Below, in pieces: positions 59,096 to 64,000 of a stretch of DNA of 64,000 nucleotides; position 1 is the stretch's first letter, and the number at the start of each line of letters is the position of its first letter. Made by a program: the position numbers and the translations under genes. The DNA lies in NCBI RefSeq assembly GCF_018350175.1, contig NC_058368.1, positions 53,818,001 to 53,882,000 of the forward strand, read 5' to 3'. The notes beneath the pieces are model-generated. The model did not search any database and was not told the origin of the DNA. It saw only the letters and a program-made list of their open reading frames with translations. The stretch is from Felis catus. Taxonomy: Eukaryota.

Positions 59096-60146
59096 TTTAG
59101 TTACCTCTTTCATTTAACAAATATTTTTGAAGGTCTACAAATATACAGTAATAAACTTACCAGACAAAATTCAAATCTTTATGGTAGACTCCTACTTCTC
59201 CTTCAAGGTTACAATCAACTCTTACCTCTTTTGACTATGTTATTTCCTTAAATAAATATTTTCCTTAGTTAAATCTCAAATGCCCTTGCTGCTTTATGTT
59301 ATTTTACATATACGTTAGCATTCCAACCTACACTGTGAGTTCCTCAAAACAGAGATTGTGCCTTATTCACCTTTCTGCTCCCACAGTTTGTTAGAAGTCC
59401 TTTAGCAGAAACATGGTGTGATCAAACTATCATCCAGACAAGAAAAAAGTTTGTCTAATTGGAGAATTGTGTCCATATTAATATCTTCAGGCACACTTAG
59501 TAGAAAATTCCCTGGAGGTAAAGAGAGTCTTGCCATCTTGAGAGTTGTCCTTCTGCAAATTTATGACACAAAGTCACCAGAACACAGCAGTATATCTCTT
59601 CAGAAACAGGGTAGGTAATGAAAATGATTATATTCTTGGCCTTAGTGCCATCTTCTTGGAATCCTCAGTGGAGGAAGAAGTAAATGCACAGGCTGAAGCC
59701 CAAAAGAAGAAAGATGAGGCAGAGGTCCAAGTAAATCGCTAGCTTGTACACACTTGGAGCCACAGGAGCAGAAATAAGGAAAGCCAGAAGCCAGGGACTC
59801 TGGTACCAATTGTTGAACTGCATGCCTACTTTCTAGAGCTTGATTCAGTGGATCTAGAACATCCATCACCATCTGATCACAATGACCATCTTTGAGAAAC
59901 TTGGCTTACTCAAAACAGTCCTTTTTGTTCCTCTGCACCTGTGACTTTTGGGACTAATTCTGTTTTCATTTGTGGCTAAATGTAACACATGTACAATAAA
60001 TCCTCTCTTCTGCCGTCTTAGCTGAAGAAAAAATTGGAAAAAAAAAATTTTTACACACAATGTGTTGTTGAACAATGCTTTTATCAAAAGGGTTCAATAT
60101 AGGTTCATTTAAAAATGTAAACTTTATTTTTTCAATTTATTTATTT

Positions 60147-60368
60147 ATTTTTAAAATTTTTTTAACATTTATTTATTTTTGAGAGACAGAGAGAGACAGA
60201 GTATGAGCAGGGGAGGGGCAGAGAGAGAGGGAGACACAGAATTCGAAGCAGGCTCCGGGCTCCGAGCTGTCAGCACAGAGCCCGACGCGGGGCCTAAACC
60301 CACACACTGCGAGATCATGACCTGAGCTGAAGTCGGACACTTAACCGACTGAGCCACCCAGGCGCCCC
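60147..60368 (-). mobile_element. Young CAN-SINE (felid type)
   Basis: CpG-rich antisense SINEC ending GCCACCCAGGCGCCCC. Confidence 0.95.
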
Positions 60369-62372
60369 TCAGTTAGTTTATTTTTTAAGATTTCACTGGC
60401 AATAAGAAAATTTTCTTGAGCAAATAAATGACAAAAAGCAGTTTGGGTATGATTTGTTTTTAATGTCATGTTTATTCCTTGGAGATACGTATTTACAGAA
60501 GAAAAATATGACCTAAACAGTTTTAATCCGAATAATAAAGAGTATATTTTATTACCAAGAATTTTATTTACTTTTGTAACATTAAAGTATTTTCAGGGAC
60601 TCAAAGATCAATGAAGTTTCCAAAATTAACCAACATTTCAAGAAATAATTTCAATAGTGAGATAATTTCCTGAAATCTTTTGGCATATATCCAACTTTTG
60701 CCAAGTTAGGTAGAAATTCTTACCTTCCTCGATTTGGAGAATCTGAGTTCTCCCAATATTCATGTCAGATGGTTTTAGTTTGCATTACGTAAGTGTTGCT
60801 GGAAAATTTCAAGTTGAGCGTTTTTAAGGGAATCCTTTAAAGTGCAAGACAGAACTTAGAAACACAATCACCAATAAATTCCTTACGATATGAAATAGCT
60901 CTATGTCACGTTTTTTATAAGATCAGTATTTCTTGTGTCAGATTTTTGTAAAGAGGGATGTAAATGGTCACCAAGACTAGGTTTTTTTTTTTTTTCTTAA
61001 TATTATAAACAAGGTTACAAGATGCTGTTCTCAAGTACCATATGTCTTCCTTTCAATTGTTAAGAACCCTTTCTAAAGATCTAACACGAGAGCAGATGAA
61101 CCACACTGGCTGGATTTGGGGATAATTGGATTTTCTTTTCTCTGCACAAAAATTATGCATGCCTGGAAAGAACGGCAAGAATAAACTTCAACCGATGCCT
61201 ACTAATTACCATCAGCTAGTGCCTGGCTTTTGAAATCTGATTTAAGAGGAAAAAAATGAAATGAAACCACAGGCTTGGCTGATAGAAAACTGTATAATGT
61301 TTAAGCAACGATGGGGGAAGCCCAATCTTAAGCAGACTAGATTTTGGACCAAACCCAACTGATGTTTCTCATCCTTGTTTATTTTGTTACTTGACATGAT
61401 TCAACTCATTAAGGATTTCAAAGGTCTAAGGGAAAGTACTTCTACTTTGCCAAGGCATCCTTAGTTGGAATTCCATTATCTCCCATGATCCGAGACAGGG
61501 ATTTCCTCCTACTCAGTTCTGAGTAATTATGTGTAAGCAAACCCTTGGTGTTCTCGCAGAGTGACTGTACTGAGTTGATGGTTCACCATGAATCATTAAT
61601 GCGGCAGGCATCTTCAGTGAGAGGGTAAGGAGGGATAACATTGATTTGCAGTGTTTAGATGAAGTAGGGCTTGCTCATTCATTTCATTTGCTTCAGCAGG
61701 GTTGATGCTTACCCCTATAAACTATACCCTCTCCTAAAATGATTACAGAAAAAGAAGAGAGAACAAGCATATTCCAGCAGCCTTTCCTACTCTACGGAGT
61801 CTAATTCAGATTATGCCTTAGGAAATGCTGCTTCCTCCTTTCAGAAAATTGGAATTAGTCTTCTTGCTCTATTTTCTCCTCCTTCCTCCCTCAACCCCTC
61901 CTCACCCAGCCAGTGAAACAAAATAATTTTGAAGTGGGAGGTGGAATTTTTAAAAACTTTTGTGTTTTATGTCTCAAATTTTTAAAGCATTCTTCTTTTC
62001 GGGGAGAGGGATAAGGGGTGACACCAAATAGACTCCTCTGAGACCGTGATAAATATGCCTTCTCCAACAGTAATTCAACAAAGCACATATTGACAACTAA
62101 TATACAACTTCAGGACAGTTATAGTCTGATCATCTATGGATTTTCCCCCTTACGCCTTTCCTCTCCCTCCCATGCCCAAAGATTTCAGGTTAAACCCCTA
62201 CAACATTGCTGTAACATATCCTACCAAGATCTGAAAGGAATAGAACGTGAGGCCATTTTTTTTTCTTAATTTTTTGATAACATATCCTGCCTAGGAAGGT
62301 AATAATGTTCACGAGAGAACAGCTCAAAGGAGAACCTGGTGGGGTTCAGGATTCTGGAACATTCTGTTTTTG

Positions 62373-62628
62373 TTTTTTGTTTTTTGGTTTCTTTAAATTT
62401 TTGTTTTTGTTTTTGTTTTTATTATGTTTCTTTATTTTTGAGAGGCAGAGAGAGACAGAGCATGAGTGGAGGAGGGGCAGAGAGAGAGGGAGACACAGAA
62501 TCTGAAGCAGGCTCCAGGTTCTGAGCTGTCAGCCCAGAGCCTGAGATGGGGCTGGAACCCACGAACTGGTGAGATCATGACCTGAGCCGAAGTTGGACAC
62601 TCAACTGACTGAGCCACCCAGGCACCCC
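62373..62628 (-). mobile_element. CAN-SINE (felid type) with (GTTTTT)n tail
   Basis: diverged TSD TGGAACATTCTG/TGGCACATCCTG. Confidence 0.94.
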
Positions 62629-62744
62629 ATGGCACATCCTGGTTCTTATGTGATTCTAAAAGATTTTTAGGAGCTTCACTGGTAAAATAACAATGCATCA
62701 TAGAGACTACACTGGCAAGTCCTTCAGCTCTTCCCATTGTTTTT

Positions 62745-63165
62745 GTGTAATGGTTTTATTGAGATGCCATACATTTGTGCATTTAAAGCGTTCAGTGACA
62801 GGGGTGCCTGGGTGGCTCAGCTGGTTAAGCATACAACTTTGGCTCAGGTCATGATCTCACGGTCCGTGAGTTCGAGCCCTGCATCAGGCTCTGTGCTGAC
62901 AGCTCAGAGCCTGGAACCTGCTTCAGATTCTGTGTATCCCTCTCTCTGCCCCTCCCTTGCTCAGACTCTATTTCTTTCTCTCTCAAAAATAAACATTAAA
63001 AAAAAAAAAAAACAGCGTCCAGTGCTATTCACAGAGTTGTGCAACTTTCAAAATTTTCATCACTCCAAAAGAAACCTGTTCACTAAAACACTTCCCATTT
63101 CCCCTCAACTCCTTCCCTAGCCCTAGGCAATCACCAGTCTACCTTTGTCTGTTTGGACTTGCTGA
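62745..63165 (-). mobile_element. L1MB-type 3' end interrupted by a SINE
   Basis: TTTTATTGAGAT..; ATTCACAGAGTTGTGCAAC; TTTTCATCACTCCAAAAGAAAC; CCCTAGCCCTAGGCAA.CAC. Confidence 0.8.
62801..63012 (+). mobile_element. CAN-SINE (felid type)
   Basis: TSD AGCGT(T/C)CAGTG on both sides. Confidence 0.96.
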
Positions 63166-64000
63166 CTCCTCAAATGAAACTTCAAATGGGTTTTGCCCAC
63201 TATGTTACTCTTATGTAGACTGTTGTTCCAGATGAAGTGTCCATAGCACTACTTGCCTGAATTAAACAATTCACCATGTGACTGTCTAGTGGGAATAAAG
63301 CATCATGTTAGGCACACAGAAGTTTAATAGGGGAGTTTTCAGCCTAGTTGTGGGAATTATTTTAAAAAGTGATAAATACCAAGAAAGCAATACACAGTGC
63401 TATGTCATTTTAAAGTGTCTCCCTCACTCTTGCTCTCCAAAGCTGGCAGGCCCTCTAAAAGTCAATGCTCACCAGGAATTACCCCAGACATGGGTTCCCA
63501 TTTACGGTCAACATTCTGAACCATTTGCTAGAATCCCAAACAGTTTCTGATTTCCTCAGATTCTGATCCCTTTTTTTGGGATCTTTGGGATTCCTGAATT
63601 CTATTTTGTTTGTCCTTCACAATATTGTTTTGGATCTTGTGACAGAGATGGAGAGTTGCTTCCTGCTTCCTTCACTGCTTTCTGGTCATACTATCTACCT
63701 TTTGTTCTCTTATCATGTCAAATTCCTTTTTAGCTAGGTGCCTTTGCATCACTATTCTGCTTTCTTACTCTACTTGATTCCTATGATTTCCTGAGTTTTA
63801 ACCAACCATTTTTCAAGCCTAGGCTTAAAAATGGTACTTCCTAGTCAGACTAGGCCAGACTAGGCCAGGTGCAGCCTTTAGGGAAACTTTACGTTCATCC
63901 TTTAGTCTTCTACCAAGATTGTAATCTCAATTATTTCTACAATCATTTGTTAAATATCTATTTCCCTTACTAACTCATGATGCAAGTATTCACACAATTT

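Noticed and set aside
59545..59742. ORF with a charged, helical-looking tail (SSVEEEVNAQAEAQKKKDEAEVQ)
   Set aside because: No recognisable homology, poor splice donor, and purine-rich sequence that may be a MIR relic.
60724..60798. 75-bp minus-strand segment with good acceptor and AAG|GTAAGA donor
   Set aside because: It has stop codons in all three frames; at most a non-coding exon, and there is no evidence for that.
63846..63868. 10-bp tandem duplication CAGACTAGGC (similar small ones near 46236 and 54267)
   Set aside because: Ordinary slippage micro-duplications.
1..64000. CRISPR arrays, operons, tRNA/rRNA/snRNA genes, CpG island, processed pseudogene
   Set aside because: None seen; the tRNA-like A/B boxes all belong to SINE heads, and the DNA is mammalian non-coding sequence.

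Overview
This is AT-rich, CpG-poor, repeat-dense mammalian DNA from a felid, most likely the domestic-cat lineage. The evidence is the carnivore tRNA-derived CAN-SINEs (including very young SINEC_Fc-type copies) and feline-type L1 3' ends. I recognise no protein-coding exon, RNA gene or CpG island, so the window reads as intronic or intergenic. It holds 26 CAN-SINEs, many with visible target-site duplications (TSDs), plus young and ancient L1 fragments, L2/MIR relics, MaLR LTRs (one with internal sequence) and hAT/Tigger MITEs. Nearly all long ORFs in the track are repeat-derived; only the L1 ORF1/ORF2 remnants are real protein homologies. The best observations are mechanistic: (i) a twin-primed, 5'-inverted young L1 carrying a ~200 bp 3' transduction inside a perfect 18-bp TSD (18649-19076); (ii) a CAN-SINE that seems to have carried a 32-bp piece of 3' flank (51894-52177); (iii) two SINEs inserted one after the other at the same nick site (42890-43338). 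There are also a few candidate regulatory elements and weak candidate cassette exons. I find no support for a new gene system. Repeat subfamily names come from remembered consensus motifs and need RepeatMasker/Dfam confirmation. Boundaries of ancient repeats are approximate.
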